64,000 nucleotides of DNA. It comes from Dehalococcoidia bacterium. GTDB lineage: Bacteria; Chloroflexota; Dehalococcoidia; Bin125. Shown here in pieces: positions 1 to 8,689 of this stretch. Made by a program: the position numbers and the translations under genes. How positions within the stretch are numbered: position 1 is the first letter of the stretch; every line of letters begins with the position of its first letter. Where the stretch lies: assembly GCA_963662615.2 (NCBI GenBank), contig CAXXSR010000001.1:288001-352000 (forward strand), given 5' to 3'. The notes beneath the pieces were generated by a model that saw only the letters and a list, made by a program, of their open reading frames with translations, was not told the DNA's origin and made no database searches.

Positions 1-449
1 TCCCGGTTGGCGGGGCTGAGGTCGTCGTTCGTCGCGATCTCCGTGCGGTTCGGCTCCAGCAGCGAGGCGACGGGGTCCATGCCGTCTTTGCCGTCCACGC
101 TGATGCGGACCAGCTCGCCCGCCGCGCCGTCGAAGCGGAACTGGCGGACCTCATCCTCTGCCTCAATGGTGGCCTCCACGGAGTCGCCGTAGGCCAGCCG
201 CTCGCGGTCGGGGTCGGTGGTCGCGTCTGGCTCGGGGCTGGGCTCGGGACCGGGCTCGGGCGCCGGCGTCACTTGGTCGGGCGGCGCGACGGCGGGCTCG
301 GCCCCCGGTTCCGGCGCCGGCTGCACCGTGGCGAGGGGTAGCTCGGCTGCCGCCGCTTCGGGCTCCTCGTCGTCGTCGCCGTCGCAGGCGGCCGCTACCA
401 GGGCCAGGGCCAGGACGAGGGTCGTGGTTAATTGCAGGGGTGCGCGCAT
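1..449 (-). CDS. Lipoprotein with Pro/Glu-rich linker and PPC (pre-peptidase C-terminal)-like domain; runs off the window edge
   Basis: Translated by hand (not in ORF track): MRAPLQLTTTLVLALALVAAAC (lipobox), DGDDDEEPE...PEPGPEPSPEP linker, then LAYGDSVEATIE...FRFDGAAGELVRISVDG...DPVASLL...IATNDD, typical of PPC domains; GGAGG upstream. Confidence 0.75.
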   Translation of the reverse strand, partial: MRAPLQLTTTLVLALALVAAACDGDDDEEPEAAAAELPLATVQPAPEPGAEPAVAPPDQVTPAPEPGPEPSPEPDATTDPDRERLAYGDSVEATIEAEDEVRQFRFDGAAGELVRISVDGKDGMDPVASLLEPNRTEIATNDDLSPANR

Positions 450-607
450 ACGTCCATCCGGCCTCCGTCGGCCGCCGCCATCAGGAGACGCCTGCCCATC
501 GCCGAGATCGTACCACTCAATTGCATCATCCGCTGCACAGAATCGAGTGGTTCGACGGTGGTGACGCGTCGCACTAAACTCCGCCGGCAACAGGGGAGGC
601 AGGGACG

Positions 608-2491
608 ATGCAGGCGTATTTCCGGTTCGTTGTGGTGTTGATGCTCGCGGCGGTCGGCGGCGGCGCACTGGCGCTGCTGGGCGACTCGCCCGCCGACGCC
701 CAAACGGAGGTCGCCGAGACCCGCACGGTCGCACTCGACGAGGGCTGGAACCTGGTCGGCTGGACGGGGCCCGACGCCGCGTTCCAGGACGCGATCGCGG
801 ACATCGTTGCGCAGGCGCAAGTCGCCGCCACCTTCAACGCCGCGACCCAGGCCTTCGACCTCTGGAACACGGACGCCCCGGACTTCCTCAACGCGCTCAC
901 GGACCTGCCGCAAGGCACCGGCGTCTGGCTCCGCGTGACGGAAGCGACGCCCTGGCCGCAACCGGCGCTGGTCGCAGCACGCAGCGTGTCCTTGCAGCCG
1001 GACTTCAACCTGGTCATGTGGACGGGGCCGAGCGGCGTCCCGGTGGAGGAGGCCTTCGCCGGGTTGGAGGGGAATCTAGAGGCGGCGTTCACCTTCGACG
1101 CGCGGACGCAGAGCACGCGCACCTACCGGCCGGCCGGCCCGGCGTTCCTCAGCGACCTGGACAGCTTGGACTACGGCCAGGGCGTCTGGCTGCTGATGCA
1201 GCGAGCGGCGACCTGGAATCAGGCGGCGACCACGCCCGCCGCGTCCGTGACGGTTGAAGAGCTGGGCGTCACCTTGGACATCCCGGCGGGTGCACTCCCC
1301 GCGGGTGTGGCTCCCGAGGACCTCAGCATCACGGACGGCTCCGCGAACCCAGCGTTTCAACCCACCTCTGGGCCGGAGCCCCTGCTGGTCTTGCAACTCG
1401 AGCCCAGCGGTGTCCGCTTCGCCGAGCCAGTGACGCTCACGACGCAGGTCGCGCTCCCCAGCGGAGCCGCACCGATCGTCATTTTAATCTCCGATAACGA
1501 TGTGGAGGCCGTCCCAGGCGTGACGCTCGCCTTTGATGCGGAATCGGACCTGACCACGCTGGCGATCCCGCTTCCGCACTTCAGCGGCATGACCGTCAGC
1601 GGGCTGACTATGACGGAGGGCCCCGAGTTTATTGATGTTGGGACCGTGGGGGAGGGCGAACAATTCACCGTGAGCGTACCCATCATGCGCCTCGACTTCC
1701 AGTTCAAGTTCGAAATCGGCTCGCTCCCTCTCAGGGAGGGGTTCAAGAGCGAGCAGCATACCGAACTGATGCGCCCCGTGCCTTCGACCAGGGACCTACC
1801 TTTCTTTTGGGCTGTAGATGCCACATTTCTCGTTAAAAGTGGCGCGCTCACTCCCCCGAGGGTCCCCTCAGCGGAGGGGCCTTTTCTAAGGCTCGTCGCG
1901 CAAGACGGTTCGACGCCGCTCGTCCCGGAAGCGGTTTTCACCTGCACGGCGCCGGGGGATTTCTCCATCTTGTTCGAGGGAAAGACGGACGTCGGGGCCG
2001 AATCGACACGCACGTGGCGAATTTCGAGCGAGACGGGGGAGACCACAACGCACACCATCAGGGACGACGATTTCGAGCACGCCACGATCCGCTCCGCGAT
2101 CATCGGCACCTGCGTCGCGCACCCTGCCACGTTCGAGCTGCTCACGGCCACAACGTTCCAGCCGACATCGAACATCTTCGGGGCCGACGGAGTGCACATC
2201 ATCGTGGCGGCCCCGGAGGGCGGCTTGGACGTGCAAACGGCGCTCCCGATCACGCTCAGCGCGACCGACCGCGACAGCGGCGAGGCGATCGACCTCACCC
2301 CGAATGCTGCAGGCGATACGGCGGTGATCCCTGAACCGACGGCGCAGAACTGCCGTGGCGCGACGGGGTGCAGCCTGACGGTTGGGCCAATTACGGTGTC
2401 GCCGGGCACGGTGGTACGGCTGGTCGCGACCGACAAGGACGGCAACATGATCGCCTGGCAGGATTACGAGGCCCCGCCGAGCGGCAACTAG
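608..2491 (+). CDS. Secreted/surface protein with duplicated N-terminal module, ZU5-like middle domain and unknown C-terminal region
   Basis: 627-aa ORF with a signal peptide. Two internal repeats (VxLxxxxNLVxWTGP...FxAxTQ...PxFLxxLxxLxxGxGVWL). Middle region LDIPAGALP...LEPSGVRFAEPVTL...LPHFS resembles ZU5. Purine-rich RBS. Confidence 0.7.
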   Translation: MQAYFRFVVVLMLAAVGGGALALLGDSPADAQTEVAETRTVALDEGWNLVGWTGPDAAFQDAIADIVAQAQVAATFNAATQAFDLWNTDAPDFLNALTDLPQGTGVWLRVTEATPWPQPALVAARSVSLQPDFNLVMWTGPSGVPVEEAFAGLEGNLEAAFTFDARTQSTRTYRPAGPAFLSDLDSLDYGQGVWLLMQRAATWNQAATTPAASVTVEELGVTLDIPAGALPAGVAPEDLSITDGSANPAFQPTSGPEPLLVLQLEPSGVRFAEPVTLTTQVALPSGAAPIVILISDNDVEAVPGVTLAFDAESDLTTLAIPLPHFSGMTVSGLTMTEGPEFIDVGTVGEGEQFTVSVPIMRLDFQFKFEIGSLPLREGFKSEQHTELMRPVPSTRDLPFFWAVDATFLVKSGALTPPRVPSAEGPFLRLVAQDGSTPLVPEAVFTCTAPGDFSILFEGKTDVGAESTRTWRISSETGETTTHTIRDDDFEHATIRSAIIGTCVAHPATFELLTATTFQPTSNIFGADGVHIIVAAPEGGLDVQTALPITLSATDRDSGEAIDLTPNAAGDTAVIPEPTAQNCRGATGCSLTVGPITVSPGTVVRLVATDKDGNMIAWQDYEAPPSGN

Positions 2492-2705
2492 CCCAATTGT
2501 GGCCTGCTCGTTCGGTGACTCGGATCGTGGTGCTAGCTGACGTTGGTGGCGCTCGTTGTTGTCCAGTCGCGGCTTGGGGTCCAGCTTGAGGCCCCGGCAG
2601 CCGCTTCATTGCCCGCCCGGCGCCGCCTCCCCTACACTGGCCTTGGCGATTGCGGCCGCCCGCACCGATAATCGATCGAGGGCGCGCGGCCCGGCGGAGG
2701 CTCTG

Positions 2706-3215
2706 GTGACCTACGAGATCATCGAGACCTGCATCGGCTGCACGGCCTGCGTTGCCCGCTGCCCCACCAACGCCATCTATGGGGAGCGGAACGTCATCCA
2801 CTACATCGACCCCGTCCTCTGCATCGACTGCGGCGCCTGCGGGGCCGTCTGTCCGGTGGAGTGCATCCTGGATGAGGTGGGCGACGTCTCCCGCAAGTTC
2901 GCCAAGAAGGAGTGGCCCAAGGCCGTCGTCGTGGCCGATCTCTGCATCGGCAGCGGCTGCGAGCTTTGCATCAACGTCTGCCCCTTCGACGCCCTCGTCC
3001 TGGAATACACCGAGGAGGCCAGCGATTTCTTCGGCCAGGCCGTGGTGATTGAGAAGAACTGCACGGGCTGCCGCCTCTGTGAGCAGTCGTGCGGGTGGGA
3101 CGCCGTCCACATCTTCCCGGAGCGGGATCTGCTCAAGAAGAAGCACTACCCGGACGACGAGCCTACGCCGGGGCAGAAGAAGATCGCCAAGGAGAAGGCC
3201 GAGGCCGCCACCTAG
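2706..3215 (+). CDS. Polyferredoxin with four [4Fe-4S]-binding motifs
   Basis: CIGCTACVARCP, CIDCGACGAVCP, CIGSGCELCINVCP, CTGCRLCEQSCG; GGAGG RBS before GTG at 2706. Confidence 0.88.
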   Translation: MTYEIIETCIGCTACVARCPTNAIYGERNVIHYIDPVLCIDCGACGAVCPVECILDEVGDVSRKFAKKEWPKAVVVADLCIGSGCELCINVCPFDALVLEYTEEASDFFGQAVVIEKNCTGCRLCEQSCGWDAVHIFPERDLLKKKHYPDDEPTPGQKKIAKEKAEAAT

Positions 3216-3243
3216 TTTCCCCGCCGCCGCGCTGATTCCAACG

Positions 3244-3267
3244 GGAGGCCCGCCGGGCCTCCTCTTC
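3244..3267. terminator. Hairpin between convergent genes, likely intrinsic terminator
   Basis: GGAGGCCC-GCC-GGGCCTCC followed by TCTTC, between the ferredoxin stop and the ABC binding-protein stop. Confidence 0.5.
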
Positions 3268-3297
3268 AATCTTCCGCGAGGGCACGGTTCCCGTCGC

Positions 3298-4377
3298 CTA
3301 GTCGCTCAGGCGCAGCGCCCCGTTCGCGTAGATCGCCTCCAGGAACGACCGCTCCAGGGCGGCTTCCAGGTCCACCGGCTCCTCGATCCCGCCGAACTCC
3401 CGCAGCACGTCGTGCAGGGCGGCGAACTGCTCCGTCGTGAACCAGCCCAGCCCGTTGGCGGCCGTCAGATCGGAGACCGCGTTGGCCAGCTCCGTCTCCA
3501 AGATGAAGCGCTCATGCACCAGGTCCGCCTGTTCCGGGATGAACGCCCGTGTCGCCTCCAGGGCTGCGGCCGGATCGTCGAGCGCGAGCCGGAAGCCGCG
3601 CATCGTCGCCAGCAGGAACCGTCGCAGCGCCTCCCGGTTCGTCGCGTCCTCCAGAAAATCCTCGGAGACCACGTAGGTCACTCCCAGCGTGGGAATGCCG
3701 TCGTCGGCGGCCTGGAAGACGCGAACGGGCGCCCCGATCACTCGCGCCAGTGTGTCGGGCTCGTTGGAGAGGAAGACGGGGTAGACGTCCAGCCGACCCT
3801 CGACAAGGACGACGGGATTGAAACCGGTGCCCACCAGCCGCACATCGTCATCGCTGAGCCCATGCGCTCGCAGCATCGCCCGGAACTCCGCCTGCACCAC
3901 CCCCTTGAAGCCCACGATCTTGCCGGCGAAATCGGCCGGCGAGGTGATGCCGCTCTCCTCCAGCACCGCGTACCCCAAATCGCCCGTCTGCCCGAACAGC
4001 GCCACCGCCACCAGGGGCGCGCCCGGATCGGACCGCCGCTGCAGCAGCTCGCTGGCCGGCTGCGTGCTGACCCCCACCTCGCCTGAGAGCAAGAGGCGAA
4101 TGTGCTCGCCCTGCCCGGATGAGTGCCGGATCGTGACGTCGAGGCCGGCGTCGTCGAAGTAGCCACGCTCCTGCGCCACGTACGCCGCCACGAACGGCAG
4201 ATTCGCCTGCGCCCGAAAGCCGGCCATGAACGTGAGCGAGAGCCGACCTGATTCGTCGGGGCCGGCGGTCCCGTCGTCGCCACAAGCGACCGCGAGCAGC
4301 GCCACGGCTACCATCACGACAGCGATGGCGCCCAGCGCGACCGCGCCCGCCCGTCGCCACGACCGAGCACGTCGCAT
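3298..4377 (-). CDS. ABC transporter substrate-binding lipoprotein, NMT1/THI5 (SsuA/ThiY/RibY-like) family
   Basis: Lipobox LAVAC; MAGFRAQANLPFVAAYVAQERGYFDDAGLDVTI and SGITSPADFAGKIVG motifs; in an operon with a permease and ATPase. Confidence 0.88.
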   Translation of the reverse strand: MRRARSWRRAGAVALGAIAVVMVAVALLAVACGDDGTAGPDESGRLSLTFMAGFRAQANLPFVAAYVAQERGYFDDAGLDVTIRHSSGQGEHIRLLLSGEVGVSTQPASELLQRRSDPGAPLVAVALFGQTGDLGYAVLEESGITSPADFAGKIVGFKGVVQAEFRAMLRAHGLSDDDVRLVGTGFNPVVLVEGRLDVYPVFLSNEPDTLARVIGAPVRVFQAADDGIPTLGVTYVVSEDFLEDATNREALRRFLLATMRGFRLALDDPAAALEATRAFIPEQADLVHERFILETELANAVSDLTAANGLGWFTTEQFAALHDVLREFGGIEEPVDLEAALERSFLEAIYANGALRLSD

Positions 4378-4415
4378 CACGTCCCCATGACCTCGCTGAG
4401 GGTGCGCGGACCGGT

Positions 4416-4760
4416 TTATGTGGCCGCGCCGTCCGAGAGGTCGCCCGCGTCCGTCGCGCTGCCCTCGCCGCCGAACGGTGGCTCCTGATTCAGGACGATC
4501 GCCTTGTACCACCAGCCGTCCACTGCGTCCCGGCGAAACTCCGCGACCAGCCGGTGCTTATAGCGCACCTTCAGGTCCGTCCCCAGGTCCACGTCATCCC
4601 CTTCGATCTCCAGCAACGCGTCCACGCCGGTGATCTTGACGACCAGGCGCTGGATCTCGCGCTTGGCGATCTTATTGGGGACGCGGCCTTCGATGTTGGT
4701 CGGGTCCGGGCGCTTCTCCGTCCCTCCCGCAGACGCGCCGCCGGCCGGTTCTGTTATCAT
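4416..4760 (-). CDS. Small hypothetical protein inside the ABC operon
   Basis: Fills the gap between permease and binding protein; GGGAGAGG RBS before ATG at 4760; globular-looking core; no recognised motif. Confidence 0.65.
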   Translation of the reverse strand: MITEPAGGASAGGTEKRPDPTNIEGRVPNKIAKREIQRLVVKITGVDALLEIEGDDVDLGTDLKVRYKHRLVAEFRRDAVDGWWYKAIVLNQEPPFGGEGSATDAGDLSDGAAT

Positions 4761-4782
4761 AGCCTCTCCCATTCCCTTCGCC

Positions 4783-5628
4783 CTACGACGGGCCCGCCAG
4801 TGTCGAGCGATGCCAGGACAGGGTCATCCGCTCAACGATGGTGATGGCCGTATTCATCAGCACCCCAATGGTCGCCAGCACGATCACGGCCGCGAAGAGG
4901 CGGTCCAGTCGCAGCTCGCGATTCTCCACATCTATCACGGCCCCCAACCCGCCTTGACCGGCGGCGAAGAACTCCGCCACCACCGCGCCGATCAAACTCA
5001 ACGTCGCAGCAATCTTCAAGGCAGCGAAGAGGTAAGGCAAGGCGCTGGGCGCCCGCAAGCGCCGGTACACCTCCAGCGGAGAGGCGTGGATGGAGCGGAG
5101 GAAGTCCAACGCCCGTGGATCGACGTCGCGAAAGCCGGCGATGGCGTTGATGAGCACGGGGAAGTACGTGATCATCGCCGCGATAGCCACCTTCGGCTGC
5201 CAGCCGAAGCCGAACCAGATCACGAACAGCGGCGCCACCGCCACGATGGGCGTGACCTTCACCATGATCGCAATGGGCAGGATCGCGCGTTCCAGCATCC
5301 GCGAGTGCGCCATCACGCTCGCCAGGAGGAGCGCCGCGACGGTCCCGATCGCCAAGCCCGCGATTGAGACCGAGAACGTGCGCAGCCCCTCCCGCGCGAA
5401 AAACCCGATGTCCGTAAAGAGCGCCTTCGCCACCGAGCTGGCGCGCGGCAGCGTGAACTCGCTCGTGTTATTGATCTCCACCCACAGCTCCCAGGCCAGG
5501 GCCAGCAGCAGGGCCGCCAGCAGCGGCGGAAGCGCGTAGGGCAGCGTCATCCGGCCCCACCGCGTCCACTCCAGCCGCAACGGCGGCCGGGGGGCGCCGG
5601 CGGCCCGTCGCCGCACGTGATCGGTCAA
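4783..5628 (-). CDS. ABC transporter permease (SsuC/TauC/ThiX family)
   Basis: Multiple TM helices; KVTPIVAVAPLFVIWFGFG and PSALPYLFAALK...SLIGAVVAEF motifs. Confidence 0.92.
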   Translation of the reverse strand: MTDHVRRRAAGAPRPPLRLEWTRWGRMTLPYALPPLLAALLLALAWELWVEINNTSEFTLPRASSVAKALFTDIGFFAREGLRTFSVSIAGLAIGTVAALLLASVMAHSRMLERAILPIAIMVKVTPIVAVAPLFVIWFGFGWQPKVAIAAMITYFPVLINAIAGFRDVDPRALDFLRSIHASPLEVYRRLRAPSALPYLFAALKIAATLSLIGAVVAEFFAAGQGGLGAVIDVENRELRLDRLFAAVIVLATIGVLMNTAITIVERMTLSWHRSTLAGPS

Positions 5629-6548
5629 GGCAGACCCTCGCTGCGCAGGTGGCCCCGAATCAGGTCCACGTAGTCCAGGAATTCGGGGGAGCGCTCATTC
5701 GCCTGCTCACGGGGCCGCGGCAGCCCGATCTCGATCGACGCCCTGATCCGTCCCGGCCCCCGGCTCAGCACCAGGACGCGGTCCGACAGCGCCACCGCTT
5801 CGGCCACGCTGTGGGTGACGAACAGCACCGTCTTGCGGCGTTGTTCGGCCTTGCGGCGGTGCTCGGCCTTGCGGCGTTGCTCGGCGCTCACCGTCGCGCC
5901 TGCGCCCGCGTCCGCCGCCGACCAGATGCGCAGGAGTTCGTAGCGCATCTGCTCGCGCGTGATCTCGTCCAGGGCGCCCAGCGGCTCGTCCATCAGCAGC
6001 ACTTCAGGGTTGAAGACCAGCGCTCGGCCCAGGGCGACGCGCTGCTCCATGCCGCCGCTCAGCTCGTGCGGACGATAGCCGCGGAACGCTTTCAATCGCA
6101 CCAGCCGCAACAGCTCCTCCACGGAGAGCGCCTGCTGCCCCTGCCGGCGGTTCACCTCCAGGGGCAGGCGCACGTTGCCCTCAACCGTCAGCCAGGGCAA
6201 GAGCGCGGGCTCTTGGAAGACGAACCCCAGCCGCTTCCGCCGTTGGGCAGCGCGTACCGGCCCGCCCAGCACCGTCACCTCGCCCGTCGTGGGCGCAAGC
6301 AATCCGCCGGCCACGCGCAACAAGGTCGTTTTGCCGCAGCCGCTCGGCCCCACGAGCGAGACGAACTCTCCCGGCGCCACGGCGAACGAGACCGCGTCGA
6401 CGGCGAGGAGCCCGCCGGGCCCCCCGTAGCGGACGCTCATTCCCTGGAAGTGGATGGCGGCGTCGTCCGGCGCGGCGGCGTCGCTCGCGCGTCCGTCCAG
6501 CTGCGGTCGCGGGGCCGTGGCGATGGGCCTCGCCTCTGTTCGGGCCAT
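5625..6548 (-). CDS. ABC transporter ATP-binding protein (SsuB/TauB family)
   Basis: Walker A GPSGCGKTT, signature LSGGM, Walker B LLMDEP, H-loop VTH; GGAG RBS before ATG at 6548. Confidence 0.93.
   Translation of the reverse strand: MARTEARPIATAPRPQLDGRASDAAAPDDAAIHFQGMSVRYGGPGGLLAVDAVSFAVAPGEFVSLVGPSGCGKTTLLRVAGGLLAPTTGEVTVLGGPVRAAQRRKRLGFVFQEPALLPWLTVEGNVRLPLEVNRRQGQQALSVEELLRLVRLKAFRGYRPHELSGGMEQRVALGRALVFNPEVLLMDEPLGALDEITREQMRYELLRIWSAADAGAGATVSAEQRRKAEHRRKAEQRRKTVLFVTHSVAEAVALSDRVLVLSRGPGRIRASIEIGLPRPREQANERSPEFLDYVDLIRGHLRSEGLP
5832..5885. repeat. In-frame 18-bp tandem repeat x3 inside the ABC ATPase
   Basis: Encodes AEQRRK-AEHRRK-AEQRRK just before the H-loop strand. Confidence 0.9.
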
Positions 6549-6721
6549 GTTGCTCCCTTGGAGAAGGCTCCCGCGACGCGGAGCGGACGCCACCGCTCGT
6601 GTGAGGCCGCGCGGCCCTCCGCCCTCGCTCTGGTATTGTTCCACGCGACGGAAGGCGCGGGCAATTTGCTGGTTGCCCCTTGGCAAGGCGGTTCGGCGGC
6701 TTCGATCAGGGAGAGGCGCGC

Positions 6722-7411
6722 TTGGCGACGATCGCGTTCGTGGGCGGCACAGGCCCGGAAGGGCTGGGCCTCGCCATGCGACTGGCGCGGGCGGGCGAAT
6801 CGGTGCGCATCGGCTCGCGACGCCCTGAACGTGCGAGCGAGGCGGTGACGAAGGTGCGGGACGCTCTCACCACCGTAGGCGCCACCGCGGGCGCCACCAC
6901 GGGCGCCCCAGGGGCCGACGTTGCGGGCGGCCTCAACGCCGAGGTCGTGGCGGCCGCCGATATCGTCGTCGTGGTCGTGCCTTTCGGCGGGCACGCGGCC
7001 ATTCTCACCGATCTGCGCGACACCATCGGCTCGAAGTTGGTGATCGACGCGGTCGTGCCGCTGACCTTCCGCAAGGGCGTGCCCGGCGTGGTTGATGTGC
7101 CGGAAGGGAGCGCCACCGAGCAGGCGCAGGCGCTGCTCCCGGAGGCGCGCGTGGTGGGCGCCTTCCACAATCTCAGCGCGGTCAAACTGCAAGCGCTGGG
7201 TCAGCCTCTGACCGGCGACGTCCTGGTCACCGCCGCCGACGACGCAGCGAAGGAGGCCGTTCTGGACTTGGTGGGCCGGATCCCTAACCTGCGCGGCGTG
7301 GACGCGGGTCCGCTGAGCGCGTCGAAGTTCGTGGAGGACATCACGGCGCTGCTGCTGGGCATTAACCGCCGCTACAAGAGCCACGCGGCCGTGCAGATCG
7401 TCGGGCTGTAG
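6722..7411 (+). CDS. npdG: NADPH-dependent F420 reductase (F420H2:NADP+ oxidoreductase)
   Basis: IAFVGGTGPEGLGLAMRLA Rossmann motif, IGSR, GSATE, VVGAFHNLSA, GVDAGPL; adjacent to cofE; TTG start after GGGAGAGG. Confidence 0.92.
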   Translation: MATIAFVGGTGPEGLGLAMRLARAGESVRIGSRRPERASEAVTKVRDALTTVGATAGATTGAPGADVAGGLNAEVVAAADIVVVVVPFGGHAAILTDLRDTIGSKLVIDAVVPLTFRKGVPGVVDVPEGSATEQAQALLPEARVVGAFHNLSAVKLQALGQPLTGDVLVTAADDAAKEAVLDLVGRIPNLRGVDAGPLSASKFVEDITALLLGINRRYKSHAAVQIVGL

Positions 7412-7426
7412 ACGGGGCCCGCGATC

Positions 7427-8188
7427 GTGCCCGCGCCAACCGAGTTTCACATCTTCGCCGTTGGAGGCCTCCCCGAGGTGCGCGCCGACGATGACCTGGC
7501 CGCGCTGATTCATGCGGCGCTGTCCGCGCAGGGCACGCCGCTGCAATCCGGCGACGTGCTCGTGGTCACGCAGAAGATCGTCAGCAAAGCGGAAGGGCGG
7601 GTCGTCCCGCTGGGCGCCGTCGTGCCGGGCCCGCGGGCGCGGGCGTACGCCGACCGCTGGGGGAAAGACCCGCGCGTGGTCGAGGTGGTCCTGCGCGAGT
7701 CGCGCCGCATCGTGCGGATGGAGCGGGGCGTGATCATCGCCGAGACCCGGCACGCCTGGGTCTGCGCCAACGCCGGCGTGGACCGCTCCAACGTGGGCGG
7801 GTCCGACGTGGTGACGTTGCTCCCGGAGGAGCCCAGCGCCTCCGCCCGCGCGATCCGTCGGGGCCTGGTGGAACGCGGCGCGCCCGACGTTGCAGTGATC
7901 GTCAGCGACACTTTCGGCCGTCCCTGGCGCATGGGCTTGACGAACGTCGCCATTGGCGTGAGCGGGATGGATCCGCTGCGCTCCTACGTGGGCCAGCGCG
8001 ACTCCGACGGCTACGACCTGGAGGTGACGGTCATGGCAATCGCCGACGAGCTGGCCGCCGCCGCGGAGCCGGTGATGAACAAGCTCGACCGAACCCCTGT
8101 CGCCGTCGTGCGCGGCCTCGACATCGCGGTCGAGGAGCACGACCACACTTCCCTCATCCGTCCGCCGGACGAGGACCTGTTCCGTTAG
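7427..8188 (+). CDS. cofE: Coenzyme F420-0:L-glutamate ligase
   Basis: GLPEVRADDDLA, VVTQKIVSKAEGR, CANAGVDRSN, SDTFGRPWR, IADELAAAA motifs. Confidence 0.95.
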   Translation: MPAPTEFHIFAVGGLPEVRADDDLAALIHAALSAQGTPLQSGDVLVVTQKIVSKAEGRVVPLGAVVPGPRARAYADRWGKDPRVVEVVLRESRRIVRMERGVIIAETRHAWVCANAGVDRSNVGGSDVVTLLPEEPSASARAIRRGLVERGAPDVAVIVSDTFGRPWRMGLTNVAIGVSGMDPLRSYVGQRDSDGYDLEVTVMAIADELAAAAEPVMNKLDRTPVAVVRGLDIAVEEHDHTSLIRPPDEDLFR

Positions 8189-8208
8189 GGGCGGGCACGG
8201 CGGCATCT

Positions 8209-8241
8209 CCGCTCGTCCTTCGACAGGCTCAGGACGAACGG
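8209..8241. repeat. REP-like palindromic element (CCTTCGACAGGCTCAGGACGAACGG family)
   Basis: Hairpin CCGCTCGTCCT-TCGACAGGCTC-AGGACGAACGG; near-identical copies at 58320-58960. Confidence 0.85.
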
Positions 8242-8256
8242 ACGAACCAAGCAACC

Positions 8257-8376
8257 GCGCTAAGCGAAACTGCGACCGAGTACGATGGGACCGTGGCGGG
8301 ACGGGCCATCCGCGTGGTGGTGGTCACGGGTTTGCAGCCGCCATTGGTGATCACCGTCCACACCATCGCGCGCTAG
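8257..8376 (+). pseudogene. 3' remnant of a DUF4258-like toxin gene
   Basis: Frame reads ALSETATEYDGTVAGRAIRVVVVTGLQPPLVITVHTIAR* and ends directly before the RBS of a DUF2283 gene; no full-length N-terminus. Confidence 0.6.
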
Positions 8377-8386
8377 GGAGGTTGCC

Positions 8387-8644
8387 GTGTACTTTCGCTA
8401 TGACGCGGAGGGCGATGTGCTGTTCGTGGAGCTGAGGCCGGAAGCGAAAGCGGCCACGGGGAAGCGCCTCGACGAGCGGCGCATTATTCACCGTAACGCG
8501 GACGGGAGCGTGGCCGCCGTGGAATTCCTGTTCGTCAGCAAGGGGGTCAACCTTGAGGGCGTCCCCGAGGCGGATCGCATCGCCGCCGCCATGCGGTCGT
8601 TCCCCACACCGACGCTAGTCCCTGGTGCGGGTGCGCGCGACTGA
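8387..8644 (+). CDS. DUF2283-family protein (putative antitoxin)
   Basis: MYFRYDAEGDVLFVEL...IIHRNADGSVAAVEFLFVS matches the YDxExDxLYI...DGxxxGIE pattern; GGAGG RBS. Confidence 0.8.
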   Translation: MYFRYDAEGDVLFVELRPEAKAATGKRLDERRIIHRNADGSVAAVEFLFVSKGVNLEGVPEADRIAAAMRSFPTPTLVPGAGARD

Positions 8645-8689
8645 CGCATGTCCAGGTTCGGCCGTCGGCGCGATGTCCGAATGTCCCAG

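Noticed and set aside
6549-6721. TPP or FMN riboswitch upstream of the ABC importer
   Set aside because: The conserved cores (CTGAGA...ACCTGA for TPP; AGGGCGGGGTGAAATTCCC-like for FMN) were not found on either strand.
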